Shown here piece by piece: positions 62,139 to 64,000 of a stretch of DNA of 64,000 nt. The notes below the pieces were generated by a model. That model ran no database searches and had not been told where the DNA came from. It worked only from the letters and a program-made list of their open reading frames with translations. The first letter of the stretch is position 1, and each line of letters starts with the position of its first letter. The position numbers and the translations under genes were made by a program. The stretch is taken from contig DYNM01000012.1 in the NCBI GenBank assembly GCA_020721065.1, forward strand, positions 15,842 through 79,841, in the 5' to 3' direction. This DNA is from Thiocystis violascens (GTDB lineage: Bacteria > Pseudomonadota > Gammaproteobacteria > Chromatiales > Chromatiaceae).

Positions 62139-62615
62139 ATGAAGCCAAGACAGCAACGATTGATCTTTATTGGATTAGCCATCATTGGTATTGGCGCAGC
62201 ATCGACGTTAGCGATTACGGCACTAAACAGTAATATCTCTTACTTTTTTAGTCCCTCGCAGGTGTTAGCGAATGAAGCACCGCAAGATCATGTTTTTCGC
62301 TTGGGCGGTTTAGTCACCACAGGCACGTTAATTCGGCAACCAGAGAGTTTAACGGTGCATTTTGATGTGACTGATAATGCTAAAACCGTAAAGGTTGTGT
62401 ATACCGGCATCTTGCCTGATTTATTTAGTGAAGGAAAAGGCGTGGTGACCAAAGGCAAATTAGGTGCAGATGGCGTGTTTTATGCCGAAGAAGTATTGGC
62501 AAAACACGATGAAGAATACGTTCCGCCAGAGGTTGCTAGTACGCTTAAAACTGCTCATGCAGAAGGCGTCACTCATTCCAATCCTCCATCCCCGCCTGCT
62601 GGAGCAAACAACTAA
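62139..62615 (+). CDS. ccmE: Heme chaperone CcmE
   Basis: RLGGLV, YTGILPDLFSEGKGVV, LAKHDEEY (HxxxY). Confidence 0.96.
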   Translation: MKPRQQRLIFIGLAIIGIGAASTLAITALNSNISYFFSPSQVLANEAPQDHVFRLGGLVTTGTLIRQPESLTVHFDVTDNAKTVKVVYTGILPDLFSEGKGVVTKGKLGADGVFYAEEVLAKHDEEYVPPEVASTLKTAHAEGVTHSNPPSPPAGANN

Positions 62616-64000
62616 TGGTGCCAGAACTCGGTCATTTCGCATTGATTTTGGCGTTAGTGTTTGCGGTATTGCAAGCAACGATGCCACTCATTGGTTCATT
62701 GCAGAGCAATCAAACGTTAATTGCATTAGCGCGTCCGTTGGCGTGGGGACAATTCACCTTCATCAGTATTAGTTTTTTGGCGCTGCTCTTTGCGTTTTTA
62801 GCTGATGATTTTTCGGTGGTTTATGTCGCCACTAATTCTAATACTTTGATGCCAACGCTATACAAAATCTCAGCAGTTTGGGGAGCACACGAAGGTTCAC
62901 TATTATTGTGGGTATTGATGTTAGCTGGTTGGGGCGCAGCAGTTGCGTTATTTAGTCGCAATTTACCATCACCAATGATTGCCCGCGTCATTGCCGTACA
63001 GGGAATGGTCGCAATTGGCTTTTTGTTATTCATGTTGCTCACTTCCAATCCGTTTGATCGCATCTTTCCGATGCCCATAGAAGGACGCGATTTGAATCCG
63101 TTGTTACAAGACCCCGGTTTAGCAATTCATCCGCCACTATTGTATATGGGCTATGTTGGCTTTTCAGTTGCTTTTGCGTTTGCAATTGCCGCGTTAATTG
63201 GTGGCAAATTAGATTCCGCATGGGCACGCTGGTCACGTTCGTGGACAACAGCGGCATGGATTTTTTTAACTTTAGGTATTGCGCTGGGTTCGTGGTGGTC
63301 TTATTACGAATTAGGTTGGGGTGGCTGGTGGTTTTGGGACCCGGTTGAAAACGCCTCATTTATGCCTTGGTTAGCAGGAACAGCGTTAATTCATTCGTTA
63401 GCCGTCACTGAAAAACGCGCTGCATTCAAAACCTGGACGGTATTGCTTGCCATTTCAGCATTTTCACTTTCGCTGCTTGGCACCTTTTTAGTACGTTCTG
63501 GAGTATTAACGTCGGTTCATGCCTTCGCAACTGATCCCACTCGCGGCGCATTTATCTTGATTTTTTTGTGCATTGTCATTGGTGGTTCACTCGCATTATA
63601 TGCTTGGCGAGCATCTAGTATCTTTGATGGTGGGCGCTTTGATTTGTTCTCACGCGAGAGCTTTTTATTGATCAATAACCTGTTACTCGTGACTTTAACT
63701 GTATTGGTGTTATTCGGCACGCTTGCGCCGTTAATTTACGATGCAGCCGGTTGGGGTAAAATTTCGGTCGGGTTTCCTTGGTTCAATACCATGTTCATCT
63801 ATTTATCGCCGCTGTTAATTGCGGCAATGGGGATTGGACCTTTATTGCACTGGAAGCGCGATCAATTTCGACGTTTAGCGCCACAAATCGGCTTGGCACT
63901 CGCCTTGACAGTGCTGGTTGTTGTATTAGCAGCAACGCTATTAGAACCCGCGATTGGCTTTGGTTTAGGACTGGCAGCATGGTTATTGGCAACGCATGTA
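62615..64000 (+). CDS. ccmF: Holocytochrome c synthase CcmF (runs off the window end)
   Basis: ATG overlapping the ccmE stop: MVPELGHFAL..., WGAHEGSLLLW, LNPLLQDPGLAIHPP, WGGWWFWDPVENAS, LGTFLVRSG. Absent from the ORF track because there is no stop in the window. Confidence 0.96.
   Translation, partial: MVPELGHFALILALVFAVLQATMPLIGSLQSNQTLIALARPLAWGQFTFISISFLALLFAFLADDFSVVYVATNSNTLMPTLYKISAVWGAHEGSLLLWVLMLAGWGAAVALFSRNLPSPMIARVIAVQGMVAIGFLLFMLLTSNPFDRIFPMPIEGRDLNPLLQDPGLAIHPPLLYMGYVGFSVAFAFAIAALIGGKLDSAWARWSRSWTTAAWIFLTLGIALGSWWSYYELGWGGWWFWDPVENASFMPWLAGTALIHSLAVTEKRAAFKTWTVLLAISAFSLSLLGTFLVRSGVLTSVHAFATDPTRGAFILIFLCIVIGGSLALYAWRASSIFDGGRFDLFSRESFLLINNLLLVTLTVLVLFGTLAPLIYDAAGWGKISVGFPWFNTMFIYLSPLLIAAMGIGPLLHWKRDQFRRLAPQIGLALALTVLVVVLAATLLEPAIGFGLGLAAWLLATHV

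Overview
A 64-kb chromosomal window from a gammaproteobacterium. The gene set (cyd, ccm, hypD, many chemoreceptors and c-di-GMP proteins) and patchy ~40-65% GC suggest a Chromatiales-like organism; this is inference only. The backbone is housekeeping: clpS-clpA, folD, ilvE, glnE, queE, nagZ, ftsH, cobK, cydABX, coaBC-dut, hypD, sucAB, gspFG, tRNA-Arg(CCG), dinG/yoaA-lpoP-like-mrcB, bcp and ccmABCDEF. Signal-transduction genes are interspersed. No integrase, transposase, prophage, rRNA or CRISPR array was seen. The most notable accessory features are: (1) a gene fusing a PUR/DUF3276 single-stranded nucleic-acid-binding domain to a PD-(D/E)XK-like nuclease domain; (2) a 119-bp MITE that splits an RTX surface-protein gene; (3) two small repeat families, a C6/G6 palindrome and a TCAGTTG heptamer, found both between genes and in frame inside essential or signalling proteins; (4) a BrnT toxin-antitoxin cassette flanked by a duplicated yiaA 5' end; (5) a PIN toxin module inside the ccm operon; (6) protein-level oddities: dUTPase motif-IV Arg->Trp, a Cys pair beside the CcmC heme-ligand His, and a NIT + Aer2-type PAS chemoreceptor. 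All family assignments are from motif recognition by eye, not database searches.
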